A program made the translations under genes and the position numbers. Below, piece by piece: positions 13,001-28,000 of a stretch of 64,000 bases of DNA. The stretch's first letter is position 1. Every line of letters begins with the position of its first letter. A model generated the notes under the pieces. That model had not been told where the DNA came from. It saw only the letters and a program-made list of their open reading frames with translations, and made no database searches. The stretch lies in contig JAAILG010000267.1 in assembly GCA_012026655.1 (NCBI GenBank), forward strand, positions 1 to 64,000, read 5' to 3'. This stretch comes from Hydrolagus affinis. Lineage: Eukaryota.

Positions 13001-16000
13001 TTAGTTTATTTCTGCTGTATTATTTCATTGTTGTGTAACCTTTTTGTTTCTATGAAGTCTGCATTTGATATTATCCTTGTACTGCAGTCATTTATGTCTT
13101 ACATTAAATGGATTTAATAATGGGATGAAACACTATCCTGTGCATCTTTCCGTAGTGCACATTTTAATTTAAGTGCCTTTTTAAATAAAACTAATAAATC
13201 CAGTTTATTGCTTTGGCTTGTTGTGCTGTATACATATAACATGTTCATGTTCTTTTTGTACTGCATTTTGTCCATTTTAGGGACCGCCAGGAAGAGATGG
13301 CTTTCCGGTAATTACTCTTTAAGTGCACCACTCACGCTTATATCTATTGAAAGCTTTGTTTGAATTAGATTCTTTGCTCGGAATGCTTGATCTTGATTCA
13401 AACTCTGTTGTGCATCTATCCCTATTCTGTTGCGGAAACTTGCCTCTACTAACTTTCTGTCCACACCCTTTAATAAATATCTTTCTTTTTTTTAACAAAG
13501 CAACCCAAAGAGGAAAACTAATGATGGTGTTTAGAATGATTGCAGACAAGGTTGAATCCCCAGTTATTAAACATGCTAAAGTCATCAACTTTATCATTGT
13601 ATTCAACTATTTTGCAATCATTTGCTTCCTGAACTCTGGGTCTCATAGCATTTGTTCTAAGGCTGTGGATGGAAACCTTTTTAACGGCATTAGCATACAA
13701 CCAAGTTTTTTGTATGCTGACTGCTATTTCTCAGTGTTAACTCTTGGCCTAGCAGTCTGGTAGTTTGGTGTGTAAAGCAATGTTCAGCAGCATCTAACAG
13801 GAAACATCATGCTTTGTGTACAACCATTAAATCATGGGAAGCTGGTGATATTTCTTTGCATTGGTCATGGAGCAGCTTATGTGATGTATAATGCGTTGGC
13901 AACTTAGCAGGCTTTGAGGTATAATCATTACTTTTTTTCTGTTCAATTCTGACTATACATTGATTATTAGGGAAACAAAGGAGCATTGGGTCTACCAGGG
14001 AGAAAGGTAAGTTTTGTTGCATCTAATTCTAGCCTGTGGACATACGCCTGATGCCTTACGCAGCTATCCTAAGCATTTTATGCTGTGCTGTAAAAGCAAA
14101 ATCAACAATCGTTTCAGCTATATATTAATAGGCTGTCTAAAGTCATTTAAAGCTGCAATATACCACCTGTTCCTAGTTAGCCTGGATAAGCTGTATCCAA
14201 AATTGTGTCAATACAATATTTCATCTCTGCTAACATGTACAAAATTTGTGTGTATATATAAATCATTGGAAAATGGCACCATTTTTAGCAGTGTGGCAGT
14301 CCTTGACTGTCATGTGTTCTCCCATGAGAGTCATTGAGTAAACATTTGTTAAAGATCAGACCAACATTTGGCTTACCAAGGATAGCTGAACTTTGTTAAA
14401 TTGATGATGTACAGGGTTTATTTTATTTCAAATGCCTGGATACTGCAGCCTTAAACCGTGCATTTGACTAAGCAGCTTAATTGCATCCTTTGAGAGACCT
14501 TTTTTCCTCATTTGTGGCTCTACCTGACGCCTTCTTCATAAACCAATTTCCGTCACTTCCATGAATTGAAACACCATTATTTCATTTTAAAAAGAACATA
14601 ACGCTGATAGGATTTCATTGAATTTCTGAGCAGGGTCAGAGTCATTTAAATTGGATTGATGTGCTTTGTAGTTGTGGTTTGCATTATATATGTGTATGTA
14701 TATGTGCAATATTAAAAATTACCTTTCCTACATTGCAGCTGCTGCTTTTCATATCAGTTTTTAAATGGACTGTTTGGTCAATCCCTTCCGTTTTGAGTAA
14801 AAAAATTCCCCTCCAAAAAGAATTGGTATTTCGTTTGTCATTATTACAAACAACTATAGCACAATCTGTGGTATATACAACAGATAACACTCAATGCCTA
14901 TTACTTATTGAAACCTAAGAAAATATTTAGACATTGAAAAGTATGGAAATATTTCAGCCTTTTTAACATTTTTAAAATTTAAAAATGTTTTTTTTTAACA
15001 ATTTTAGCCTTTTTAAAATTATATTTCATTGCTGTTCGTTTTACCTCATTGTCATGCACTTCTCTGATCATTTTTGAATACAGTGCTTTGTTATGCAGAG
15101 GTATTGGTATCTATGAAGGATATTAACAAGCACATTTATCACTCTGCAAAGAATTGTTATTTTCTGTCTTTAGCTGTAATAGCAGACACTACGTGATTGT
15201 TAAATGTTTCATTGCTATAAAGTGAACAAATCCCAAATACAGTAGAACCTGTGGGTTAGAATTGGCATGAAAACATACTCCTGGGTTGAGCTCGCTAATG
15301 ATAGACATGTAGGAAATTGTAAACAGCTCAACTGAGTTTTAAAACAACAACAACTTGAATTTATATAGCGCTCTGCATACTGGGTAGCATCTCAGAGCAC
15401 TTAAAAATTGGGCTCCTATTAAGGTTGTGAAAGATCAGTGTTGTTGTAAGCAAACTTGCTGAAGAAAGTAAAGAGAAAGTATTTGCTGAATTTTTGGAAA
15501 AATGCTTGCAAGGGTTCAAATATAAGCTATATTTCAATGCTTGCAACTGTGTTTTTCTAAGTGTTATACTCTTTCTCTGGTCCTCTCCTAACACTATTAA
15601 CTGTCAGCTAGTTTAAGAAACGATGTAAACTGATTATGATTTGCCCAGTGTAGCCTTTCTAAGTTTGGCACAAACTATCAAACATATTTCTCAGTAAAAT
15701 TATCTTGCAGGAGTTTACATAAAACATGCACCACAAAGTTTAGAACCTATCAACTTATCATATTTACTTTTCTTTCCACTTTCCCGAAAAAACAGATATA
15801 TGATTACATATTACATCAGAGGTGGGATAAATTAGAAATATAACATTTCCTGATGAGTAGAACAATATCGAGCATCAACAGATTTAAATGTTCTAAATTT
15901 CCACGGGGAGAAAATGAGGGATTTCTTCCTGTTATGCAAGGAGACTTATTTCTGTCAGTTTCATCTGCATGATCATTTTGCTGAGATCTTCAACACTGAC

Positions 16001-19000
16001 CTTTCACTTTATGTTAATTAGACTAAGCAATTAGGATAATGCCGGTTTGCTGAATGTCTCTCCTATTGTAGAACATAATGGAACTGATTCTTTCCCCTAT
16101 TTATATTGCAATAAATGTTCTTTTTGCATGCTTAAAATACGTTCATTTTGCAGACTGCGTTAAATGCATTTTTGCTATCTGGCTGCATGTTTGCAGGTTG
16201 AAGCTCTTGTGTTTTTAACAGGAATCTAAGAAGCATCGATAAATCCTGCATCTGTAATCAAGAATACAAATATGTATTTCTTATTAACACTACCTTTTCA
16301 ACTGTACAACCTGGATTTAATTGGAAAGAAACCAGGTTGATAGGATCAGTATTGTGTTTGTAGTCCTATTAAGTGACAAAACTACGTGACTGTGTTGAGC
16401 TCCAAAATGAATTGCTTGTCAATGGAATATCAGAATTGTGTCCATCCTGTATGTAGGTAGTCTGCTTCCTGAGCTAGGCAGGTCCACAGTACTCTTAAGG
16501 CAATGTTAGTGACAGGTCAGTCAGACTGGGTTGTCACCAGAATGTAGAGAGTCACACTGATCACTGGGTTCAGGATTCTGCCCACAAAACACAGACACTT
16601 CACTTTACAGTAATAACAACAACAAAATTACATTAACATGTCCCAAGGCACAGGACAGTCAGTGTTTCAGACCCGAGCTTGGTGTTGGGATTGGGGAAGG
16701 TGGAGGTAAAGGAGAGGATTTGGGGTGACCGATGGGACAGTCGGAAGAGGAGGGTCTTGACAAGGGACTTAAAGAAGACTGGGGAGGGGTCGATATCATG
16801 TGAAGCACTTTGGGATGTGAAAGACACTATTCCAAATGTAAGGATGATTACTTTTCCCATTTGCCTGAGAGAGTACACACTCCATTCCAGACAAAGTGAA
16901 ATTTCTGTGCACACATGGCATGCATATGTGGAACTCAGTCTGGTTTGGATACTCTTAAGCTTGGAGATACAAAATTGTGTAGTTTGAACTTCATACCTAG
17001 TAGGCAAGGATCCACAGCGTAAAACTACTAATATTTTGGCACTAAGTTTCTCAGAGAGACCATAAGGACATCTGATCGGGGTAATCGAAATGCCACACTG
17101 ATGAAGCAATGGATGCTGAAAGATTGTAGTGTGAGCATAAGAACCACCTTTATGAAGCATCCAAATCGTATTATGTTATACTGGATATAAAATAATGGGA
17201 TCTTCATTTTGATGAGACCCTAAATCACCACACACCTCCTCACAAAAACTTGTTAAAAATTCCCCCAAATAAATGTCTGTTTACAAGTGTTTATTCATGG
17301 TGTTTGAGGACCATAGACTCAATGTGTGAGTTTATACCTGAATAATGGATGAAAAGTTTGATTTCATTCATAAATTATAGCCCTGTATCTTTATGTTTAC
17401 ATTGCTTCAATTATTCATGATGTGTCCCATCAAGGGTCCACATATGTTTGATATATATAATAATAATAATCCTGCATAGACATTGAGTGCTTATGTTAGA
17501 GAAAAATATAGGTCAGCTCACATTTGAGCCTTCTCCATGTGCTTCATAGAAACTCCATCTCACAGATGATTCGTCTTAGCCTTAAGTTTGGCTAAATTGA
17601 AGAACTCCATTGATGCTCTGTAACTTCAAGCCCCATGGAGGGAGTAGCATATTCTTATTGAAGTTGAATTCAGTGCATAAGGAAATGAGAGAGCAAAACT
17701 AAATAATATTGCTTTGGCACTTTGTGTTGATGCAGCAAAAGTATGCTTACTAAAACTAAAGATGGCAAATCTTATGCTGTGCATCTTGCTTATTGAGTAT
17801 TCTGTTCTGTATAGGCATACGTTTTTTTGGCTGTGAATATGCTTCCAAGCAGATGACTTCAATGGCATGTGAGAAGTGCATTCGATTTTGTTAGTCTGAT
17901 ACTAATCCTCTTATTTGTGTCTCTCCTTTACTTTTGCATGCTGTTTGCTGTGACTGGCGCAGGGTCTAAAGGGGGAACCTGGTGAAAAGGTGAGTCACTA
18001 AAAGGAAAGGGAAGCTTCCCCATATAAGCAATATTTTTATGACACGTTAATTAATACAAAGTCTACTTGCTGGCTGCTTCAAAATCGCAGGTGTGTTAGG
18101 AAGAGCAAATTCACTTGCAAATGCCATTTCCAACTGCAGTAGTAGGGAATGATGAGTGGTGGCTTAAGATGGTAGCTTTTGTTCTGGAAACTCTTTTTGT
18201 TCCCCTTCCCTTCTCCCCATTTTTTCAACCGTGGCACATAGTCACATTAGTAACCCTGTTATATCACTCACTGGCCTGGCCATCAGAAGCATGATGCTTA
18301 CTATGAATGATTTTGGGCAGCACCACCACACACACATGCCACCACAACCCCTTTATTCCTTTCTTCCTCTTGTATACATTGAGTATCCTTTTGAATGCAT
18401 TGATATGTTCTGCTTCAACAACAGGTTCTAGTAGTGAGTTCACCATTGTTCCCCCTCTCCCGAGTAAAAGGTTCCTCCTCAACACCCTTTCGGATCTGTT
18501 GGTGGCTGTCTTATATTTCTGGGCCCACTCAATTTCCTTATTTTATTTCTCCAGTTTTTAGTGTTTTTAATGCCATTTTTTAGAAACTGGCTAGAATTGT
18601 TGAACTACTCAAATTTAAATGGATTTGATGATGTAAGTATTCTAACGAACATCCTTACAAATCAAGTCAAAAGTCCTTAAATAGCTGTCATCTACACTCA
18701 CAACTGCTGCCAGCCTTAAAACTTATTCCAAACCTAAATAAAATTAGATAAAATATAAATGTTAGATTCAATTTCTATTTTGGAAAATTACTCTTGGGAT
18801 TCAGTCAATGTGGATTTGACTCCAAGATGCCAATTTGATTACATTTGTTTATTTGTCCGGTATTGTTTAAAGATAATGTCATAACAATTTATCAGTTCTG
18901 ATCATTTTGCCAAGTATTAAACCATATTAGAGAAGAAGATTAGGAGTATAACCAAATATCTTATTGTTTATAAACGATGTGAATATTGTGCATTGTCCAG

Positions 19001-22000
19001 CTTTGCTCAGGCTAGCGTTCAATGGAGTAATTAAGCCTTGAAGATTTATTTACTCATCAAAACATATTACAATACAAACTACATTACAAGCTGATAAACT
19101 GTATGGAAAAATAGCTTTCACGTCTGACTACTTGAATCTGTCTATTGGTGTGGGCAAAAGGGTTATTTTGTTTTAATGATTTCCCTGGAATAAGTTTTAA
19201 GTAAGAGTTTTATAAAATGAACATGTATATTCATGCACAGTCTGGCTTGAAATCTATGTTCAGAAAGAGACTCAGTAGTTAAAGGTAAAATAACCAATTA
19301 TAAATCTTATAATTTTGTTCATTAACTGGTTAAAAATTATAGCTACTTTACATACACTGCATAAAGATCCATTTCTCATACTGAACAATGTATTTTAAGC
19401 ATTATTAAATACTACCCAACAAACTACCAGATGTACAGGCCAGCACTGTGAGAAATACATAGGTGAATATTATGTGTGGTAAGTAGAGTAGCGGGGAGGA
19501 GATTTTCCTGGGAATGGAATTGCTGTTTTTTTTCACACTTTCCTGTCTTTGGATCTTATATAAACCCCTGCATCTATACACTGTACTACCACTTACATGG
19601 CCAAAGAGATTAAATATTTGTTTCTCACCAGAGCAAAAATATCACAATGTTTTGCCTTTAAGAGACCACAAGGTAACTTTGAAACTACAGTACAGTACAA
19701 TGAAATCTGTATATTTGTTTCCATTCACACTACCATGTATATATAAACACCCCTGCAAATGTAAATTTGTTCAGACAAAGATAGTGATGTTTTCCACCGA
19801 TGAGGCCCACTGGACCTTTTAGTTTACAGACTACTCCAATGGTTGAGGATGTGACTATGTTGCATGGAGTGACTGCACTATCCAGAACAGAACAATACCC
19901 GGTTTGATTTTTGTTTGTGCTGGGTTACCTGACCTCAACTGTGGCAGCTCATTATTCCCATCTCAGGGAAGGGGTACAAATCAGGCTGGTTTTAGGGTCT
20001 TGACTGGAGTCTGTCAACTCCTGCTGCCGTATGTACAACATGTGTGGAAGCCAAGTGAGGAAAATAGCTGCCTCTAATGAGGTTCTTGACACTCCAGGTT
20101 TGTACACAAAGAAAAGACACCTGTGTAATTTTGGGGCAATGACAAGAAGAAGAAAAAATAGGGAAATTGAAGTTGATAACTGAATTGCTATTCGATAACT
20201 TTTAAGACAAATTGTTGCAAAGGTGCTGTCCTTGATTGTTGTCATTTCATACAGTACATTTGACTACTCAAAAACCATGACAGCACCTTGATCTTTAAAT
20301 TCAAATGCTGCTGCTTCTTTTACGATTTCCAGCATTCTCTCCCTCTCTCTCTCACCCCTCTCTTTGCCCCTTCACCTCCCACCCACCCCAGTAGCAAAAC
20401 CGGTATCCATCTCTTGCACCTTATTTTTGAATAGTTTAAAAATCTGTGCTCTGGTTTCTTGCTTAGGAACTGGATTGTCTACAGCATATGTGAAATGCAT
20501 TGGCAAAATGAGTCATAATTGTTTTTAACCTTGCTGGAAAGGTTCTGGAAATGTACTTATGTACTGTGCAAGCTACACGCATAGGCAGTGGTTTCCTAAA
20601 CACCAGACCCATATAATTCCTATTCATTTTGAAAATGGCCCACGATGGAGTAAAAGTGTTATCTAGAGGTTAACCAACTTACAGAGATTTATATCTGGCC
20701 TATTTAATTCCAATCGACAGTAGCACTGGTGTGACGCTGGGTGCATTCCGCATTGAATAATCTTTTTTTAATCCCCGCGTAATTTTTTCTTAGAAACAGC
20801 ACTGCTATTTGATTTAATGCTTTTCATGGGAACAGAAAGAAAACATTAAGAAAAATGGAATTGGCAAAAAGATGTACAGTTGTCACTGCTATAAATGTAG
20901 AATCCTCATTGGGAAACAAAAAAAACAATGGAGAGTCACCTGCTGTCATACCCACTTACTTTGCAACTGGTCACAGAGCACCATATTTGGATTCTCTACA
21001 GCCACTTGTATACCAAATTACAATATGGAGCTGGGGAGGACATCATGTAGCTGTCAAGAGCATTAGCGAAAGGACAGGTTGGAGATGGGTGATAACTAGA
21101 GAGTTTGGAGGGGTCGAGAGTGTTTTTTTAGGAATGAAAGGAGCTTTGAAAGAGGGTTCTCTACCAGTGCATAGAAAAGGTTGATAAAGTGCAACTTTTA
21201 TCAAGAAGCAAGAAGCAAAAGACATTCCAGCATTACTGATTTCAGTAAATTACATCAACCTGACCTATTGGATCTGTTCATTGGCTGCAAAAATCTATAG
21301 GCAAAATGTTGTCTGGTGGTTTTATAAATATCTTCGGAGTATACCTACAGTCTGTCTAACTTGCATGGTCTATCAAACTATTGTTGGTTAAGGTGGGTAG
21401 ATTTGGCACTCTGTCTCAGTTAGAAAACCCACTGTGTCCAATATGTAACTGAGCCAAATAGATTTGATCATTTCCACGTTTGATCCACTGACTTTGCTGG
21501 TCTCAATTGGGCCAGCAGTAAGTGCTGATTGGTCTCAGCATCCTGATGGGAATGTGAACTCAGACCTCGTGAATGTAACCCTGTGATCCCTACTGGTAAG
21601 TACAGGTGCGTGGACATCAGATTTAGGACCAAGTGCAGCTCAGCTGTGTTATTCCCAATAATCAAATGGCCCGTCAATGCCGACTGCTAAACGTGCGTGT
21701 AAAGGAAAGCCACCTGTGTGGTACGCTGGGGGAAGCCTGTGTAAGTGTAAGCCTTCAACAACAACAAACAACAACATTACATTTATAGAGCACCTTTCAC
21801 GTCGGGAAGATGTCCTAAGGCGCTGGAAGAGATGGGAGGAATATTTGAAGGAAAGAACAAAACAAAAGCAATTAGATGAGTCAGTTCAGTTATATAGTTG
21901 GTTTCTGCTGGTAGATATGCAATGCAGGAGAGATTGAACAAACTACGATTTACTGATGTTTAGGCTGTAACAATCTGCCTGCTTTTTCTTTAGGGAGCTC

Positions 22001-25000
22001 CAGGAGATCCAGGCATCTCTATTATTGGACCTCGTGGCCCTCCAGTAAGTCTCTCTTAACCTATTAAAATTCCTTGTTAATTGTGCATTTGACAATGACA
22101 TATTACAATATTCACCAATTTAAAAAATATATATTTTTTGTTATATTGAAGAAATGTGATCACTGGATTCTGCATTGTATTGTAATTCTCCCACCAACAC
22201 CACCATCATGATTATTTCTTCCCACTCCAGATTACTGGTTGTATGATTGAAGACATTCTTAAACATTATATTCCACAAATAAAGCACCAATTTTAGGATG
22301 ACTTTATGTCTGTGTGCATAATGTGATTCAAAGCATTTTATACCTGTAGTTGAGTTTCTTAAATCTGTTAGAATTGCTAAATGTATTCATGCTCTTTAAA
22401 GTGTTATTGAAAGCTACATGTTAGCAGCGCCCAGAAGAACAAAAAAACCTGTCTAGTTTTATACAAATGATTGGGGGGGTATTTAATTTTGATGGATGTT
22501 TGTAATTTCCTTTTTGATCAGAGCATAAAGAATTGATTTTATTTGCAGAGATTTTCACTCCTCCTCGAGTTTAAGTCAGGGCTGAAGAAGTGGGATTGCG
22601 CAATTTGAAGCATCTGTTTTTCCAATTAGTCCTCAAAAGCCATATAATAAACCATTACTAATGAGGAACAGATTGGGAGCCAGTTCCTTGCTCCCACATT
22701 TTTGGTTTGACAAATGAAGAACAAATAACAGCCCCTTTTGTCTTCAAGGGAAGCTACTGTTTCAGAAGCCTTCATTAAAATGATTTTGACCTATCTTCAG
22801 TCATTGTGGGCAGCTAGAGAAAGCTGGCTGTACGCCGAGCAAAGTCTGGCACCATTGCCAAAGTATTGACTGAAATGCAGGAAAGTCAAGAAAATTGCCT
22901 CCGGTATTACATTCTTTAAATGCGGCTGCTGTAAAAAAATATAATCCTGTGTGAAAATAATTATATTTGAAGTCTCTGCAAAGTACTGTGGAAATCAAAG
23001 TGGCATTTGTGTTTGAATTCAACAGCCACCCCATTTCAGGGTTAGGCCTAATCTCCATCTGTTTCCTCGCTCTTGCTAGAAGTTTAGTGCTGCACTGAGC
23101 AAATATATCTGCTGTGTAGCTGAACCAAATGGATCGGAAAAAGAAATCCAATTACTGCACTGAATGATACAAATTCAGCTGAGGAGGAATATAGTTGGCT
23201 TCAGTGCCTCAGGATAGGGTGTGGAATGTTCCAGCCCCTGATACTGTCTAGTGGCTCTTCCTAAAGGTGACAGAATCAGCCCTGCCGCTAATTCCTGCAT
23301 CCTCTCTGTCTAGATCCACTTTTGATAAGGTACTGCAGGGCGCCCACTATCTACCAACAATATATATTTGCACCCCACTTTGAGATGACATAAATATAAC
23401 ATTTTGTGACCTAATGTTAGAGAATCTAACACGACGTCCGAATGCTGGTTTGCATGGTTTCACTGCATCTCCTATACCACCACCACCACCAACAACAACT
23501 TTGATTTATATAGCGCCCTCCATGCCGAACAGCGTCTCAGAGCGCTTCACAATAACGGATCCCAGGACCGAACCAGGGGCAAGGGTAGAAAGGTGGCCAA
23601 AGGCACGGTCGAAAAAAAAGATCCTCATAATATCTCCGACCTTAATCATGGTATGATGGGACGGAATGCATCGAAGGTCATTGCGATGGATGGGCTCTGA
23701 GAAAGTGCCTGAAGTAACAAGGAGGGCAGCAATTTGATGGGGGGGTGTGGGCGGGTAGGCAGATAAATGCAATTTGTGAAAGAAAACTATTCCTTATATT
23801 CAGACTTTACACAATTTAGTTTGGGGAGCACTTTTACTCAACTAAGCTGTTTTTGAAAGTGTAGTTTAATTTTACTGTGATGTCCGTCTATTCATTTGAA
23901 ATGACTAATTTTTTGATTGTAAGTGGCTGCATATTTTGCAAGATCATTCATAATTTGTTCACTCCACATTGTGGTGTCTTTATAGAACAATCTTCAGAGA
24001 GGTTTTCCAACTATGGACCGAACCCTCAAATGCATCTCCCATTTGTTGTCAGAGGAGTGCAGTAAAATATTGTAAACCACGGCAGATGATTCTAGATGCT
24101 TTAGTTTAACGCAATATTGTTGAAAATGACATGCCCTTCTCAACTGACAAATCCTGGAGCGTCTGCATCAAATTCAAGCACTTGGCTATCTGTCATCCAC
24201 ATGTTTCACCAGCAAGGATGGATTAAAGTGGATTATATTTAAACTACTATAATTTCATAAAGTGGCTGTATGTTAAAAGAAAAGTAGCTGACTTTTCTAA
24301 GATAATTGTGAGAAATCTGTGAAATCATCACCTTCTAAATGGGTGTCTACTCCCAATTGCTGTAAGTCAGCCTTCTGAGAATAGTAGTAGACGTTGTGGG
24401 AAATTAAAAATTCTTATTCTTTTCTGTCGATTAGAGGGAGCTGCTGACAGTGGGGGTCAATTTATTGGCACATTTGGTATTTATCAGATTCAATGTGCTG
24501 CAAACAGAGATGAACACACACTCCTACTCCAACGCCGTTGTCAATGGTGACATCGCTGAAATCAGGTCCCAACATTAATCTCACAGATAAAATTAGCCAA
24601 TTCACTTCAAGGCTACATTCATCTACAAAATACACAATGATGCTACATCATATGAAAGCAGTACTATTATCCTGACGTTTGACCCCTGGACAGAGTGCTA
24701 CTGGTATCCCAAGCTTTTTTAAAAAAAATTAAAAAGCTGGTATTCCACCTCTTTAGCCTCTCCAATTAACAAATATTGGCCAACTAATTGAGAGAGGAAG
24801 AAGTTAGATATCTTGTGGAGGTATTTGTTTCACATAAAAATTTAGATTGGAGCGAGGAAATGGGTCCTTAATTTCATATAACTCACAGTGGAAAAAGCTC
24901 TTAAATACAATGTGGAATGGAATTGATGCTTTTTTTTACCCCCTCATTGTGTCTTTTTGTTTATGCAGGGTCAACCAGGAGCTAGAGGCTTTCCAGGATT

Positions 25001-28000
25001 TCCGGTGTGTTGACTTTTTGAGAGACTGCCTGCCATACTTTTTCTTCAAAGTTCTATTTACGAGCCATTCCATCACAGTTGCCTATGAATATTCTACTTT
25101 ATTTATTTTACAAATTGTATTCTAATAAGGCTATGTTAGTTTCTGAACAAAAGAATGTATGCCACAGAAGATCTATTTAGATACAATACATATCTTTTGA
25201 TCACTTATGTGGCTGTGAATTCTGAAATCAGTTAATTGTGCTCCAAACTATTTAAATTTTTGGCTGTGAAGCGAGCCATTTATCTGCTCATGAACTACAT
25301 GTTCGTTAGCAAAGAATTGCCGTTGGCAGAAACATTCTCATTTTCATGAATACAATTAATTGACAAAGTAGTTTTCAACATTGTTGACATCAATTCTAAT
25401 ATGTTGCTCCTCAACAAGAATAAATATTTTTCTTTTGTAAAATTATAATGTGCTTTGTTTGAAAGGAATAGATTTTTTGTAAAGACTTATTTTAGTCAGA
25501 CACAAGGCATATTGCACTATTCAAAATGACATGGTAGAATGTTAAACCTACTGCCTGAATACTTTTATAAAAGTAGAAATAATTTCTGATGGCTTGCTTT
25601 TGATATATCTTGTAATCTTTGCTGGAATTGCTGTGACGTTGGACTAACTCCTGAATGAAAATATGAGATTTTGCCATTCTGTCCTATTAAAGTAATTTGT
25701 GATAGCTGTTTACAGCACAGAAGTCTATTCGGCTTGTTGAGCTTGTGCTGGTGATGTACCATTCCTAAGTGTTTAAATTGCCAAGATTTGGGTTCTAACA
25801 AAAGGTTTGCCATTTATAGTGAAGGATATAATAGCCACTCAATAGGAAAATATTCAGAAATTAATATTGAGTATGGAATTCACTCCATTCGTGAGGGCAT
25901 GACTCTCAATGTCACACGTGTTGCATTTAGTTTCTACAAATGATATACTTCAATGATTTTACTGTCCTGAAATGTTTTTGAGGCATATTTTGCTTTAACT
26001 TTTTTTTTATAAGGTTAAAATAGTAGTTGCATTTTAACTCTGATGCCTTCAGGAAGAATTTGCTTCCAGCAGTGAAAATACATTGAAGAAACTCAATTAG
26101 TTTTGTTGATCAGCACTACTGATTATTGTTTCATTCTACAATCATTGTTATGATTTTTAACTCCCAATTAGATTCAATGTGATGTTTTATTTTCAGTGAG
26201 AACTATTACAGTTTAGTGGAGTGAAGTAAACATTGTGATGTTTATGGGCAGTGACAACATTACAGTCATTGATCCGTCAAAATGAATGTTAGAACACATC
26301 AACAAAATGGTGCCCACTGGCATTCTTAACATCAATAGCCCCTATTAACGCCGTAACTGACCCCAAACAATAAAACAACCCATTAAACCGAACGGTATAA
26401 GCCCCCTTGAATGATTTCAAGATGGAAATCCATTCTCAGCATTTAAATGATGTTTTTAAGGTGGTTCAGTTAAACTGCTTGATTGTGTTACTGTCTCACA
26501 CGTCATTCCCAGGCTTCTCTTGTTTAATATTTATTTGGTGTCAGGATATAAAATTAGACATCAGCCTTTGTGGGGAAAATAAAACATATTTTCTAAATTT
26601 CCTTTTGAACTACAAACCTGGTTTCCTTTTTTTTCTTGTATTTAACACTATTTTAAACTAGGTTATAATATTATTTATGAGTATTCAGTTAAGATGAATG
26701 GCATTTTAAAATCCTTGTCTTTACTTCTGAACTCATGAAATGCTATATTGTGACTCATTGACTGTGATGCCTTGCAGCTCCATTGCTATCAGAAAACTGT
26801 CACCTAACATTTGAGTAGACCATTTCTGTGAAGGAATCTTGACTTTCATTTGCAATGCTTCCATGATAGTGTATGGCTTACTGCATAGGGGCTGTACGGT
26901 CTGTTAATCTTAACCGCTTGGGCTGAAAATATCAATGAAACATGAAACTAGCTTTGTGGATGGTTTGTATTGATGATTCAGCTGCAGTGCAGGATGTGTG
27001 TATAACATGTACATACTACAAGTTACTAAAGAGAGTAGAGTGTATATAGTAGTTACAAAATATTGGGGAGAAATTCCACCTGCATCTAGATTTACACTTA
27101 TTTATGCAACCTTTTAAAGTGTTCAGAATTTAGCAAATGGTTCAATTCAGTTATAATCCTCATTTTTCTTTAAGTTCTTATAAAAACACTGGCTTCAATT
27201 TGAAGGCTATATTTAAGAATTTGCTGAACATTCGGGAATCTTTGAAATACTACATAAATAAAGTAAATCTAGATTTCTGTGGAATTTCTCCCCAGGGTTT
27301 GCAAAATATCTTTGGGTTTTGTTGGTACAGCACAGATTTAACTATGAATGGGGTATTGTCTTATTTGATTCTGTGGTCCTGTGAAAACCTGTGTGTATTT
27401 ATTGGAAAATAAATATGCCTGAATATGTGAGAGAAATGTTTGTATTGATAAACATTGTGAATGTCACACATCCATAAATACAAAAATGGAGCAATATTTC
27501 CAATATCTTTTATGGTTGCGTCTTCTCACAACTAAAGTAAAGCATCAAGTGAATAGAAGTTTTGAAGTGTAAAGTTGTGTGCGTAACTTGGTGCTAAGCT
27601 GAAACCCTCAATTCATAATACTGTCCAAAATTGATCTATTACCATGTAAAACGGTATAAATCCTGATTACTTCAAGCTTTACCAAGCTGCTTCTTTTTTT
27701 AATGAATATGCTGAAATACTATAAAACAATGTGCTTTTACACATCTCACTATCAGCTGATGGGAACCATCCTTTAAAACTGCCATTTAACAAACGAGTGG
27801 TTACTAATCTGGTGAAATTTCCTGGGGGGATTTTTGCTTCCATGTTTCTATTGCTAACCATTTCATTTCTAAAACCAATAGCTATGTTCATTGCTGTTGA
27901 TACTTATCTGCTGAGAACCCTGCACATCATTTCCTACTAATGTGTTTAAATTTTTTTTAAAAACATTTCATATTCTGAATCCATTTATTTACCTGTGGGT

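Noticed and set aside
16633-17160. 175-aa minus-strand ORF
   Set aside because: It spans an L2 tail and a repeat fragment, with no recognisable protein.
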